Part shown: in pieces, positions 8,750-18,875 of the stretch
Layout: each line of letters opens with the position of its first letter
How positions within the stretch are numbered: position 1 is the first letter of the stretch
Assembly: GCA_002497295.1 (NCBI GenBank)
Contig: DANO01000029.1
Coordinates: 4,978-68,977 of the forward strand
DNA: 64,000 bases
Direction of reading: 5' to 3'
From: Euryarchaeota archaeon UBA171
Lineage (GTDB): Archaea > Thermoplasmatota > Poseidoniia > Poseidoniales > Thalassarchaeaceae
The notes under the pieces: generated by a model
Database searches by the model: none
What the model was told of the DNA's origin: nothing
What the model saw: the letters and a program-made list of their open reading frames with translations, nothing else
Made by a program: the position numbers and the translations under genes

Positions 8750-11308
8750 TTAATAGTCACGGCGTATATCGATACCATATCTGTTCCTTCCCATGAGTAA
8801 TCTGGCCGTAACCATAGAGTTACCCTGCATGGTATCGATATGCGCCATATCGGGCCATTTGTCCAAGGGTTGGGCTAGCCATCCAACCATCTTGTGGCTC
8901 TTTCCACATACTGGAGGTGATTCCGATGAGGCCTTTTCCAAGGCCATTAAGAGGTCAGATATGTGAATTAATTGTAAATCCTCGAGATGTTCTAATCCCA
9001 TTTCAGATTGTATTGCGTCTTCGAGTCTTCGAAGCAAGTCATTACTCGGCCCAGGATGTTCTAATCCATCTGTTCCAGGAAGGAAGTGATATTCGCCCTT
9101 GGGTCTGAGTATTAATGCGGCCCAGGGGACGGAAGATAGCTTTGGTAGATTCCACCAATCTTCCATTTTGATAATGTTCAACAATAATTGTTCAGAGAGT
9201 GGTGCGTACCACTCCATGGGAAGATGCTGGATTACAACGCTTGAGAAAGAGGGGGTTAATCTGCCTCTTCCCTGCGTTATGCGGACGAATCTTGACCATG
9301 TGCTCAGATCTGAATTTGGGTGTCTACTCGCTGACTTGTGCACCTCATTGAAGAATTCATCAAGATTTTCTAAATCTTGTACTTTCATCGCAGCGGAAAG
9401 TGTGTCAACAGATATGAGGGGGGGATTCTGGAGCCATGCAGGGATGGCCCAACTTTTGAGATCCTGGATTATATCTCCTGAGAGATGATTTGCAAAGGTT
9501 AGCAATCGTGAAGCGACCCATGATGACCCATGGGAAGAAGATTCAGGGGGAGTCATTGGTCGCACATCGAAAGCGAAATTCGGATTTTCAGATATTACTT
9601 GGCTGAATTGTTCTGAATATGCTGTTTGAAGCTCGGGAGTGGTTTGATCCATCAATATATGGACTTCGTATTCAGGTATATCCTCAAGGCGAATCATTGC
9701 TAACCATTTGATGTCCACCCTTTCCCCGATTCGTTTCCATCTATGCCACCTGAGGCCAGGGGGCGTGGCTATCAGAGATGCTTCCGGGTGCTCCGCTTCA
9801 ATAGAGTTGGCCCAATCCTCATTTCGACCGAGCATCTCAGTTATAGATTCTAGAATAATGGGGTCTGAAGACTCTGAAGGGTCTAATTGAACTTCCAACT
9901 TTGATTGAATTGAGTCTGTTTCATCTACCGGTGTCGTGGGAAACCGATTTGGCTTCCGATCGTCGATGCGAACGGGGGACGATAATCCGGCGGGATCTGA
10001 ATATCTTGTCCAAGGGAGAGGCCTCGTAGGATCGGCACTCAATCTTGCTACCCCGGGGATATTGACTGAAGGGTGAGTAAGTATGATGCCTCTATCCAAA
10101 TGTCTCATACAATCATGAATTAGATATTCTGGGAGATCTTCTTCAATTTCAACAAGCATCGGAATCTGAGTATTTGTTTGGATGGCCCACTCAATCAAGG
10201 AATGTCTCGCTCTAAGACCTAGATTGGAAGTATTCAGGCGATTGGTGTCGATTTCTTTGTTTTCAAAAATGGAATCCCCCCAGTCTAGTCTGAATCGTCT
10301 TAGAGTCTCTTCCGGAACTCGTGATCTTCTTCTGAATAATATTCTATCTTTCAAGGCCTGGGTCCTTCGGCGGAGCTGAGAAGGATTTGTTCTCGGATGA
10401 GCTAAACGTATCCAATTATCTAGTACTTCCAGAGGGAATACTGATTGGCGATTCTTGTTGTCTTGTATTCTGCCAATAATAAGGAATTCATCAGGAGTGA
10501 TTCTTGATATTAATGATCTACCCATGCGTCCTTCGATATCGACTACAAGTATTTCAGGTGAAAACACGGGCGTGGAATTGGGGTGTATCGTTCCTAAACG
10601 TATATTCGATTCAGAATATGAAGAAAATGGGTGTATGGCCAAATCGAACCTAGGCGTGAACCAAGTTCCCGGAGTTATTGAAATCGGCCTTCCAGATTCA
10701 ATTATTCGAGCATGAAAAATGCATAATGGTCTATCGACTTCGGAGAATGACTCAATCTTGTTTGGATCTCCTGAAGTACTCGGTTCAGGGCGTAATTTTC
10801 CCGTATGTGGATTAATCCATCGATGAATTTTATTTTCTACTTCGGCAAGTGTCCAGATGACCCCTTCGCTTCCACTGGAGTCCTTAATGGAGAATGGGCG
10901 ATCGGGGATTGCTATCGAAGCCTGATCAAATGGCAAGGTAGAGGCGAGTAGAAGTTGATCCTGATCACGCGATATCATGCACACTGCGTTACTTGAAGGA
11001 GGAATCGGCGTACATGATTGAACTCTGTGAGCCTCATCCAGGATTATTGCCTCCCTACCCCTGTGTGTCAGGTATATCGAGGAGCCGCGGGTTCCTGGAT
11101 CGGCAGTACTACTGACCATTTCCTCATTTCTGAGGCGTTTCAGCTCAGCAGAAACATGAGGCATCCTGAGACCAGTCTGCCGAGATATCTGGGCTACTGT
11201 CAAATCAGAATGAGACAGGGCGAAAAGAACTCTTCTACGGTGGAGCCCCCGGATTCTCCGAGGTTTGACTTCAGAGTTGGGAGATACGATCTCGACCATC
11301 AATGACAC
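8750..11308 (-). CDS. Hypothetical 852-aa protein with an N-terminal winged helix-turn-helix DNA-binding domain
   Basis: The first ~90 aa (LTVAQISRQTGLRMPHVSAELKRLRNEEMV) resemble ArsR/TrmB/MarR-type wHTH. The rest shows no Walker or nuclease motif that I can recognise. Confidence 0.5.
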   Translation of the reverse strand: MSLMVEIVSPNSEVKPRRIRGLHRRRVLFALSHSDLTVAQISRQTGLRMPHVSAELKRLRNEEMVSSTADPGTRGSSIYLTHRGREAIILDEAHRVQSCTPIPPSSNAVCMISRDQDQLLLASTLPFDQASIAIPDRPFSIKDSSGSEGVIWTLAEVENKIHRWINPHTGKLRPEPSTSGDPNKIESFSEVDRPLCIFHARIIESGRPISITPGTWFTPRFDLAIHPFSSYSESNIRLGTIHPNSTPVFSPEILVVDIEGRMGRSLISRITPDEFLIIGRIQDNKNRQSVFPLEVLDNWIRLAHPRTNPSQLRRRTQALKDRILFRRRSRVPEETLRRFRLDWGDSIFENKEIDTNRLNTSNLGLRARHSLIEWAIQTNTQIPMLVEIEEDLPEYLIHDCMRHLDRGIILTHPSVNIPGVARLSADPTRPLPWTRYSDPAGLSSPVRIDDRKPNRFPTTPVDETDSIQSKLEVQLDPSESSDPIILESITEMLGRNEDWANSIEAEHPEASLIATPPGLRWHRWKRIGERVDIKWLAMIRLEDIPEYEVHILMDQTTPELQTAYSEQFSQVISENPNFAFDVRPMTPPESSSHGSSWVASRLLTFANHLSGDIIQDLKSWAIPAWLQNPPLISVDTLSAAMKVQDLENLDEFFNEVHKSASRHPNSDLSTWSRFVRITQGRGRLTPSFSSVVIQHLPMEWYAPLSEQLLLNIIKMEDWWNLPKLSSVPWAALILRPKGEYHFLPGTDGLEHPGPSNDLLRRLEDAIQSEMGLEHLEDLQLIHISDLLMALEKASSESPPVCGKSHKMVGWLAQPLDKWPDMAHIDTMQGNSMVTARLLMGRNRYGIDIRRDY

Positions 11309-11489
11309 CCACTGTCAACCATAATGTGTTTTACTAACCATTTATTGTATTAAAATGTTATTTTTGTTATATTAAGTTACATATTTCCAGTAGAAAATAA
11401 CTTATCGTCGGTGCAATGGACCTATTGGATGGCTGAGATGGGGCCTATTCCTGCAACTTGATGTAACCAAAATGCAGACTCGACCAAGA

Positions 11490-11528
11490 AGCGTTATATT
11501 GTGGTCGATTGTCCTGCACTATAACGCT
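11490..11528. promoter_or_regulatory. Inverted repeat (AGCGTTATA-N21-TATAACGCT); candidate operator in a divergent promoter region
   Basis: A perfect 9-bp inverted repeat inside the AT-rich 11309..11610 intergenic region between the wHTH-protein gene and a small divergent gene. Confidence 0.3.
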
Positions 11529-11610
11529 GAGGCGGTGGGTTACTGAGAGAGGCTTCAATGGTCTTTCAAATAGCCTTCTGGTAAAGCGTTTGAAGCGGAG
11601 GTGTAGATTA

Positions 11611-11871
11611 ATGAGAACAACAAGACTCAGAGAAAAAATCAAGAAATTCCTGAATGAGAGGGGGCAGGCAAATACTACTGAAATCCTTGAACATGTTAAT
11701 TCGACAATGCGTCATGGAACTACTCCTCAGCAGCTCGGCAATGTACTCTCGAAGGACAAAGATATTCGCAAGATAGCCACAACGAAGCGTGGAGGCGCCC
11801 TCTCGGGCAGATACGAGATATGTGTCTGGACGCTTCGAGAGGATGAGCGGAATTCTGAGCTTCAAGGATGA
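11611..11871 (+). CDS. Small basic protein (86 aa), hypothetical
   Basis: Internal ATG of ORF 11509..11871, preceded by GGAGGTG with 8-nt spacing. Lys/Arg-rich; divergent from the wHTH-protein gene. Confidence 0.35.
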   Translation: MRTTRLREKIKKFLNERGQANTTEILEHVNSTMRHGTTPQQLGNVLSKDKDIRKIATTKRGGALSGRYEICVWTLREDERNSELQG

Positions 11872-11873
11872 TC

Positions 11874-12881
11874 TCATACTTCGAGATCTGATGACCAAGC
11901 ACCTACTGCTGCCAGCGAATTCATCCTGGAGCGATGACGAAGCTTTGCTTGGGCGCCTTCAACGTCCGACTTCGACCATAGAGAGAGCGCGTCTGCAAGA
12001 AGTGCCCGGCCAAATGAAAATGTCAACGGCCAAGGGGCATTTCCAATAGTCAGATTGGTCTCATTGAGATGGGATGTTGCATCGATATCCGACTGTCCTC
12101 CCGATAAGAATGCGACTCCCGCGACTTCTTGTGGGACCGTTTCTTTGAGCACCTCTGCAGTTGCCCTTGCAACAGATTCTGCATCGGCTTTTTCAGCTTC
12201 TGAGCCTGGTAGTATCATATTTGGTTTGAGAATAGTACCTCTGAGGTCGACACATTGAATCCTACACTCCGAATATACCGCCTTCAATATTCTAGACGTG
12301 ATTGAAGCGCACTGATCTAATCCGTGAGGCCCTGTCATCAAAACTTCAGGTTCTATAATCGGGACTATACCTTGTTCTTGGCATATGGCAGCATACCTTG
12401 CAAGGGCATGTGCATTTACTGAGATTGCAGCGGCACTTGGAAGATCTCCTGATATCTTGATGACGGCTCTCCATTTGGCAAATCTTGCGCCCATGCGATA
12501 GTATTCTTCGCATCGGCCCCTCAATCCATCAAGACCCTCAGTGACGGTCTCTCCTTCGTGCCATGAAAGTGGTTTTGCCCCCGTATCCACCTTTATCCCT
12601 GGAATAATTCCCTTAGAAATCAGGTAATCGGGAATCGTAGTACCGTCATCCATTTCCTGTCGTATTGTCTCATCAAACAATATCACTCCTGAAATGTACT
12701 CCTCGATTCCTTCTGATGAAAACATAGCCGATCTATATGCCCTGCGAGTGTGCTCGCTCGGTTCCACATTCACGGCTTCCAATCGTTTTGACATTGTACC
12801 GTTGCTTTCATCGGCTGCTAGAATGCCTTTTCCGGGTGCGACTAGATTTTTTGCGATTTGTTCCAATGACAGGGACGACAT
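11874..12881 (-). CDS. fba: Fructose-bisphosphate aldolase, class I (eukaryote/bacterial type)
   Basis: GKGILAADESNGTMSKRL and the surrounding sequence are typical of class I FBA. Confidence 0.8.
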   Translation of the reverse strand: MSSLSLEQIAKNLVAPGKGILAADESNGTMSKRLEAVNVEPSEHTRRAYRSAMFSSEGIEEYISGVILFDETIRQEMDDGTTIPDYLISKGIIPGIKVDTGAKPLSWHEGETVTEGLDGLRGRCEEYYRMGARFAKWRAVIKISGDLPSAAAISVNAHALARYAAICQEQGIVPIIEPEVLMTGPHGLDQCASITSRILKAVYSECRIQCVDLRGTILKPNMILPGSEAEKADAESVARATAEVLKETVPQEVAGVAFLSGGQSDIDATSHLNETNLTIGNAPWPLTFSFGRALLADALSLWSKSDVEGAQAKLRHRSRMNSLAAVGAWSSDLEV

Positions 12882-12939
12882 ATTCTACAAAACGGCTACA
12901 AGAAACATGGCAATGAAGGCATCGCCTTGAAGTGCTACC

Positions 12940-13917
12940 TCAAAGATTAATTTCTACTAACGATCTAGTTGATGATTTGACATCAATAATCTCTGAAGTT
13001 ACAACCATATTGCCTTCTGGATTCTTACGCACCCCGGGGACCCTTCCGGCGCAAACTCCTGATCCGATGTATACTGCATCACTAGAAGCGCAGAGTTCAT
13101 CCCGGCCCCAAATATCGTTGATTCGGTCTCCAACCATCTTCAGTGCTCTCTCTTGGTGGTTCTCTGTTGTGGTTACAAGTCGTCCTTCGAAAGGGGCGTC
13201 AAGTCCACGAAGTGCTGTGGCAGTGATTACCCCCTCAGGTGCTGCCCCTATGCCCATCAGAAGATCGGTGTTGGAGTCGGGGTCTGCTGCATCGAGCGCC
13301 GCTGCTATATCTCCGTCACCAATCAACCGGACATTGGCCCCTATTCCTTCTATTCTTGATATCAAGCCTGTATGCCGAGGACGATCCATCACTACCACTG
13401 TCAAATCAGATATTGGGCGGTCAAGTACGTGGCTTGCAGCTTCTAGATTGTACTGTGTGGATCCTTCTAGACTTATCTCGCCTTTCAGTATCGGGGGGCC
13501 TGCAATCTTGTCCATATAGCAGTCAGGGGCGTGGAGTAAAGCACCTCTTGGGGCTGCGGCCAGAACAGCCATGGCATTGGGCTTGTCATTTGCAACATGA
13601 TTGGTACATTCAAGAGGGTCTACTGCGATATCTATCATCTGAGCATTCTCTAATCCTTGACTGGAACCTAATGGCTCACCAATCCAAAGCATAGGTGCAT
13701 CATCTCGCTCTCCCTCTCCAATAGCGACTCTGCCATCGAATGGAATTGTATCGAAGACGGCACGCATTGCCTCGACAGCCGCTCCATCGGCGGCTTTTCC
13801 GTCTCCTTTGCCTATCCAGCCGTAGGCTGCAGCTGCAGCTGAAGATGTAGCGCGAAGGAAATCTTCTGTCAAATCGCGAACTGGCACAGCCTGTTGTAGA
13901 GGTGGACAGCAATTCAA
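12940..13917 (-). CDS. glpX: Fructose-1,6-bisphosphatase class II (GlpX)
   Basis: AAYGWIGKGDGKAADGAAVEAMR ... IGEGERDDAPMLWIGE ... IDIAVDPLE blocks match GlpX. Confidence 0.8.
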   Translation of the reverse strand: MNCCPPLQQAVPVRDLTEDFLRATSSAAAAAYGWIGKGDGKAADGAAVEAMRAVFDTIPFDGRVAIGEGERDDAPMLWIGEPLGSSQGLENAQMIDIAVDPLECTNHVANDKPNAMAVLAAAPRGALLHAPDCYMDKIAGPPILKGEISLEGSTQYNLEAASHVLDRPISDLTVVVMDRPRHTGLISRIEGIGANVRLIGDGDIAAALDAADPDSNTDLLMGIGAAPEGVITATALRGLDAPFEGRLVTTTENHQERALKMVGDRINDIWGRDELCASSDAVYIGSGVCAGRVPGVRKNPEGNMVVTSEIIDVKSSTRSLVEINL

Positions 13918-13919
13918 TC

Positions 13920-14369
13920 CTACGCAGGATGCTTGTGCTTAGATAGCACCCGTATTCCTTCAATTGAGGTCCCCGGATATTGGCCATCTGAGTCCTTTAA
14001 AATTGGTTTTAACATGTCGAGCGCGCAGAGTAATCCTGCTGATACGCCGCACAGAGCCTCCATTTCGACCCCCGTCTTTGCCGTGGCGGACACAGTAACC
14101 GTACACCTCAAACCAAGATCATCATCTTCCCAGTCTACAGTACAGCTGTCTATCGGGATGGGGTGGCAATGCGGAAGAGATGTGGGTGTGTTCTTCACGG
14201 CCATAATGGCAGCAATCGTCGAAGACGTTCTGAGATCTCCTTTAGAGGTCGTGCCCTCCAGTGCTACTTCCAATACCTGTGGAGGGACCGCTAGAACTCC
14301 TGTTGCTATTGCTCGGCGGAACATCGGTTTTTTTGAACCGATATCAACGACTGACGGGTTATTGGGCAT
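13920..14369 (-). CDS. moaC: Cyclic pyranopterin monophosphate synthase MoaC
   Basis: KTGVEMEALCGVSAGLLCALDMLK, a GVEMEAL-type motif; 149 aa. Confidence 0.75.
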   Translation of the reverse strand: MPNNPSVVDIGSKKPMFRRAIATGVLAVPPQVLEVALEGTTSKGDLRTSSTIAAIMAVKNTPTSLPHCHPIPIDSCTVDWEDDDLGLRCTVTVSATAKTGVEMEALCGVSAGLLCALDMLKPILKDSDGQYPGTSIEGIRVLSKHKHPA

Positions 14370-14412
14370 ACGTCTCTCTCCGCATGGGGGTACTTAGGCG
14401 CTCGGACATGTC

Positions 14413-14832
14413 TCAACCAAGCCCCTCTATCCAATATTCGCCGCTTGAACGGATCTCCTTCTTCCATATTGGCGCCTGACGCTTTAATTCATCGATGGTC
14501 CAACTACAAGCAGCGAAGGCCTGGTGTCGGTGAATCGCAGACACATGTATACACACGATCGTTTCACCGGGTTCGACGTAGCCAATTCTGTGTGCGATGA
14601 CGATTGATTTTAGATTCTGTTCTTCGACAGCTTTCTTTCCGATTTCCTGCAAGACTTTGGGGAGGCGGCTTCCCCATACCTCAAACTCGAGCCCCATCAC
14701 TTCTTCATCGCCATGGCTAGCTCGTACAAGGCCGATGAAAGACGCAACTGCTCCAGCACCATCAGAATTAATCATAGTCATCAAATTAGAAGGATCAAGT
14801 GGGCTCTCTGTGACGATAACCTCGACGACCAT
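14413..14832 (-). CDS. moaE: Molybdopterin synthase catalytic subunit MoaE
   Basis: GAVASFIGLVR ... VIAHRIGYVEPGETIVCIHVSAIHRHQAF ... IWKKE; 139 aa. Confidence 0.7.
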   Translation of the reverse strand: MVVEVIVTESPLDPSNLMTMINSDGAGAVASFIGLVRASHGDEEVMGLEFEVWGSRLPKVLQEIGKKAVEEQNLKSIVIAHRIGYVEPGETIVCIHVSAIHRHQAFAACSWTIDELKRQAPIWKKEIRSSGEYWIEGLG

Positions 14833-14890
14833 GCCCGTCGGGCGTGAATCTGAGGGATAGGGCTATCTCCATCGGACGAGGTGGAATAGC

Positions 14891-16114
14891 GTGGGTGAAA
14901 GAGTGGACATACTCGGAGCCGGTCTTTCCGGCCTTGCGGCTGCGACTATTCTCGCCAAGGCAGGAAGAGAAGTTCATGTCCATGAGGTACGAAAGGACAG
15001 CGGAGCTCGTTTTGATGGGGACTTCCAAGGAATTGAAAATTGGACTTCTCAAGAAGACTTCTTCGATGAAATGCGCGAATGGGGGCTTGATCCGGGGGCC
15101 TTCAAATCAAACCCATTCAGCATAATCGACCTGGTTCACCCAGATGATGTGATAACAAATCCAATCACAGATGATATCGCATTTAGGGTAGTGGAGCGTG
15201 GAACGGATAAGCATTGCATAGATCAGGGATTCAAAGAAATGGCGAAATCGGCTGGTGCGAAAATTCACTATGGCGCGAAGAAGGATCCCTTGGAATGCGA
15301 CATAATAGCCGCTGGCCCAAGGCAATCGAGTGCAGTGGCATTCGGAGAGATATTCAAGACCAGCCATGATAATCATGTGACATTTCAACTCAATGACAAG
15401 TTAGCTCCAGGAGCCTACAGCTACATGATTATCATAGATGGTATCGGGTTGATTTGTACGTGTCTGTGGAGGAAACAGCGTAAGAGTGGACGGTTCCTTG
15501 ATGAGACCATAGCGTGGTATGATCGGAATTACGAATTAGATAGGGTGCCCATAAAGCGAGTCGGGGGAAAGGGGGATTTCTCAATCCCAGATCGTTACAT
15601 CGTTGATGGTCGCCATTACGTCGGTGAAGCAGGCGGGCTTCAGGACTTCATGTGGGGCTTCGGTATGCGCTATGCAATAACCAGCGGAGTGCTAGCAGCG
15701 AAATCAATCATGGGAGAGGTGGATTATGAAGAGGAGGTTCGTACACGTCTTCTCCCATTGGTTAAGGCGAGTGCGACTAATCGATTCTTGATGAACAGAA
15801 TGGGCGATAGGGGATTCAAGGCAGTAGCAAGATACTGGATGAGGGACCAGAAGCGTTCAGGAGATGGGTTGGGATTCATGAGACGGATTTACGAACCAGG
15901 CCTGTTGAGAAGAATGATCTGGCCCGTGGCTCGGTTGGCGATGTTGAGAAGAGGGGCATCTTCAGATGGGCGTCGGCATCTCCGTATGCCTTTTCGAAAG
16001 GCGCTCAAGAGAGATATATGGGAACCAAGCGCTGAGGCCCTAGGAGTGTCAGAACAGTGGAAGAAGACACAGAAGAAAGGTGCTAAGACTTCTTTCAGTA
16101 GTTCTGATCAGTGA
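14891..16114 (+). CDS. FAD/NAD(P)-binding oxidoreductase (geranylgeranyl-reductase-like) with a Lys/Arg-rich C-terminal tail
   Basis: N-terminal dinucleotide-binding motif VDILGAGLSGLAAATILAKAG. Confidence 0.55.
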   Translation: MGERVDILGAGLSGLAAATILAKAGREVHVHEVRKDSGARFDGDFQGIENWTSQEDFFDEMREWGLDPGAFKSNPFSIIDLVHPDDVITNPITDDIAFRVVERGTDKHCIDQGFKEMAKSAGAKIHYGAKKDPLECDIIAAGPRQSSAVAFGEIFKTSHDNHVTFQLNDKLAPGAYSYMIIIDGIGLICTCLWRKQRKSGRFLDETIAWYDRNYELDRVPIKRVGGKGDFSIPDRYIVDGRHYVGEAGGLQDFMWGFGMRYAITSGVLAAKSIMGEVDYEEEVRTRLLPLVKASATNRFLMNRMGDRGFKAVARYWMRDQKRSGDGLGFMRRIYEPGLLRRMIWPVARLAMLRRGASSDGRRHLRMPFRKALKRDIWEPSAEALGVSEQWKKTQKKGAKTSFSSSDQ

Positions 16115-16175
16115 CCTTGCGAGGTCTAAATTCGTTAATCGCTTGGTTGATATGGGCGTTTGAGGCCGACGATGC

Positions 16176-17036
16176 ATGGCTGAATGGCCCGAACTTACCC
16201 CAATGAAGAATAGACTCGTCAACTATGGCGTGACTGACAATGGTATTGCCATTATTGAGTTGATATCAGACTCCGATGGTGCGCCTCTTGAAGAGGGAAA
16301 AACTGCAGTCAATACCTACACCAGAGAAATGTGGCACGACATAGATGATGCAATCTTGAGCGCACGTTTCGATGACGAAGTAAGTGTGATTTTGATAACA
16401 GGGCATGGAGATAAATTCTTCTCAGCAGGGGCTAGCATAAAATATCTAAATCGGCTTACTCCTCGCTACAAGTATTTCTTCTGCCTCCATGCCAATGAGA
16501 CATTGAGCCGACTTGAGCAGACGCCTAAGCTCGTTGTCGCCGCACTGAATGGCCACACAGTAGGAGGGGGGCTCGAGATCGCAATGGCAGCAGACATCAG
16601 AATTGCTCGCAAAGGGAATTTCCAAGTCGGTCTTCCAGAGGTCTCGCTCGGGGTTTTGGCTGGTACTGGTGGTACAGCTAGGCTTTCACGACTGGTTGGA
16701 AAAGCGAAATCAATGGAAATAATGGTTACTGGTAGAAAATTCCAATTCGAGGAGGCAAAAGACATGTCTCTCGTGCACGATGTATATGACAGCATGAGTC
16801 TGGAAGAGTTCCGTCAAGATGTCCTTGACTATGCGAGTCAGTTCTCCTTGCCATTTGCTGCAGCAAAGGCGATTGGAAATATCAAGAGAAGTGTGCAAAG
16901 CGGTCTCGAAATACCGTTAGAATATCATCTAGCACTAGAACGCGAGTTGCAATCTGACCTCTTCCAATCAGATGACGCGAAAGCAGGTATAGCGGCGTAT
17001 GTGGACAAGAAAACTCCCAAATTTAGTGGGCAATAG
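16176..17036 (+). CDS. Enoyl-CoA hydratase/isomerase (crotonase) family protein
   Basis: ALNGHTVGGGLEIAMAADIRIA crotonase signature. Confidence 0.8.
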   Translation: MAEWPELTPMKNRLVNYGVTDNGIAIIELISDSDGAPLEEGKTAVNTYTREMWHDIDDAILSARFDDEVSVILITGHGDKFFSAGASIKYLNRLTPRYKYFFCLHANETLSRLEQTPKLVVAALNGHTVGGGLEIAMAADIRIARKGNFQVGLPEVSLGVLAGTGGTARLSRLVGKAKSMEIMVTGRKFQFEEAKDMSLVHDVYDSMSLEEFRQDVLDYASQFSLPFAAAKAIGNIKRSVQSGLEIPLEYHLALERELQSDLFQSDDAKAGIAAYVDKKTPKFSGQ

Positions 17037-17083
17037 TTTCTTTGTATCCTTGATATTCAAAATTTGCTGGTAAAAGCCTGAAC

Positions 17084-18259
17084 TTGAAATACGACCTAGC
17101 GGTCATAGAGGTTATGAGCAGGACTGAAATTGTCGAGGGCTACACTCCAAACTTCGAAGGCTGGGTTCAAGAGTTCCATGAATGGCAAACTAGGATTGGA
17201 TTCGATCCAGCGTGGCTTGGAGATTATCGATTTGAAATTAGATTCGATTGGATTTCCGCTGGAGACAGTATTGAATTTGGAGATTTTGAAGGAATGCCGA
17301 AGTGGAGTCGTAGGATGCAGATACCCCAGCAAAACATCCGAGATGCCATTATCACAATGATCAGCGTCCAGGGAGACACAGAGTTTGCCTCCGTGGAGCA
17401 GCAAAATCATCTTCTTGCGACTGCACCAACTGAATATGATCGAAAATCTGCTCTGAGGATAATGTGCGAAGAGCAGCGTCATGGTTGGCAGATGGCCTAT
17501 CTTCTTTGCACCTACTTCGGTGAACAGGGAGTTCGTGAGGCGGCCAAGCTGCTGGAAAGAAATGCACAGGATGGTACGAGGCTTCTGGGCTCATTCAATG
17601 CTCCAATCGATCACTGGCTCGACTTCTTCTGTTTTACACACTTTATCGATAGGGATGGGAAGTACCAATTGAAGATGCTATCTACCAGCTCCTTCCAACC
17701 CCTAGCAGCATCAATGGGCCCGATGCTAAAGGAGGAGTCCTTTCACCTCGGAACTGGGGCGAATGGTCTCAGAAGAATAGTCAAGGCAGGCGTTATACCG
17801 ACTACATTCCTTCAGAAATATGTCAATAAGTGGGTTAGTACAGGCCTCGACCTCTTCGGAACCGATGAGTCTACCTCGGCGCAATGGGCGTACGTATACG
17901 GGGTAAAGGGTCGGTACGATGAGCGCGAATCTGGTGATGATGCTGATAGAGACCATCTGAATGAAGCCAGCCGTGGGCTGTACTTTGACGAAATAAAAGC
18001 CGAAATGGCTCGCATAAGCAAGGGTCGACCAGAGGGGGATCCGGAACTTTACATCCCTTCGGACAAATTTAACCGCGGGATAGGGAGGTACTCTGGAAAT
18101 TTATACACTGTAACGGGAGAAGATTTCGAAGGCAGTGAGGAAGAATATGCCGAATATCTTGCAGGCGTCCTGCCATCTGACGAAGATGAGCGGAAGCTGG
18201 TGGAAGAATACATGGCTCCGGGTGTAGAGTGGATACAGTACCGTGAGTGGAAGGAGTAA
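17084..18259 (+). CDS. Ferritin-like di-iron carboxylate protein, PaaA/BoxB-like (aryl-CoA epoxidase family)
   Basis: Two E..H motifs (MCEEQRHGWQM and LKEESFHLGTG) spaced as in di-iron oxygenases. Confidence 0.45.
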   Translation: MKYDLAVIEVMSRTEIVEGYTPNFEGWVQEFHEWQTRIGFDPAWLGDYRFEIRFDWISAGDSIEFGDFEGMPKWSRRMQIPQQNIRDAIITMISVQGDTEFASVEQQNHLLATAPTEYDRKSALRIMCEEQRHGWQMAYLLCTYFGEQGVREAAKLLERNAQDGTRLLGSFNAPIDHWLDFFCFTHFIDRDGKYQLKMLSTSSFQPLAASMGPMLKEESFHLGTGANGLRRIVKAGVIPTTFLQKYVNKWVSTGLDLFGTDESTSAQWAYVYGVKGRYDERESGDDADRDHLNEASRGLYFDEIKAEMARISKGRPEGDPELYIPSDKFNRGIGRYSGNLYTVTGEDFEGSEEEYAEYLAGVLPSDEDERKLVEEYMAPGVEWIQYREWKE

Positions 18260-18285
18260 CTCTCCCTTCGAGAAGGTGGTTGATT

Positions 18286-18849
18286 ATGCAAACTCATGCT
18301 CTCCTAAATGTTGACAGGGATTTACTCTTGCCGTTCTTCGAAAGAGTTCCAGAACTCTTCGATAGATATCACAATGATCCCCAGTCAAATCCAGAAGTTT
18401 ACGAAGAACTCCTGTATAAAATTCACAGGCCCCTCTCGGGCGATATGCTCGATATGATCGATGATTGGATGGGGCTTGAACACAGAAGATTCAATCAGGA
18501 TCAGGATTTGATGCTCAGACTCTTTCTTCTAGCCATCAGATATCCCGACACCCTATTGTTGGAAAGTCTGGATGATGTAATCACAGAAGACGTTCGAAGG
18601 ATATCGGCATATCTGCATTTCACTAGCCACACCTACACGATATGGGACCAAGACACGAGGAGGGGGCTGAAGCTACTAGGGTTCGATATCCCAGATACCC
18701 AGAAAGCCGACCCATTCATCTATGGAGCATATGTTGGAACTATCGAGCTGATCAAGGATTTGGCACCCTTCACATGCTTCCTTGAGCATGATGTACCTCG
18801 CCAACGTCTGTTTCAGGCGGCCATAGCGCAGTATGGCCGAGAAGCCTGA
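18286..18849 (+). CDS. Hypothetical protein
   Basis: Internal ATG of ORF 18247.. preceded by GGTGG; no recognisable motif. Confidence 0.3.
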   Translation: MQTHALLNVDRDLLLPFFERVPELFDRYHNDPQSNPEVYEELLYKIHRPLSGDMLDMIDDWMGLEHRRFNQDQDLMLRLFLLAIRYPDTLLLESLDDVITEDVRRISAYLHFTSHTYTIWDQDTRRGLKLLGFDIPDTQKADPFIYGAYVGTIELIKDLAPFTCFLEHDVPRQRLFQAAIAQYGREA

Positions 18850-18875
18850 AGTCCTAGCCATGGTGTTGCAGACAC

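Noticed and set aside
8447-8753. Two overlapping plus-strand ORFs (62 and 72 aa) inside the GC-rich island
   Set aside because: They are Arg/Pro/Gly-rich with no RBS and no hydrophobic core, which is the signature of random reading through GC-rich non-coding or RNA-coding DNA. I treated the region as a candidate RNA instead.
11309-11510. Calling a second replication origin at the mini-ORB-like TTCCAGTAGAAAATAA
   Set aside because: It is a single partial match lacking the G-tail, and the neighbouring large protein is not an Orc1/Cdc6 (no Walker motifs). I mention it only within the orphan-locus finding.
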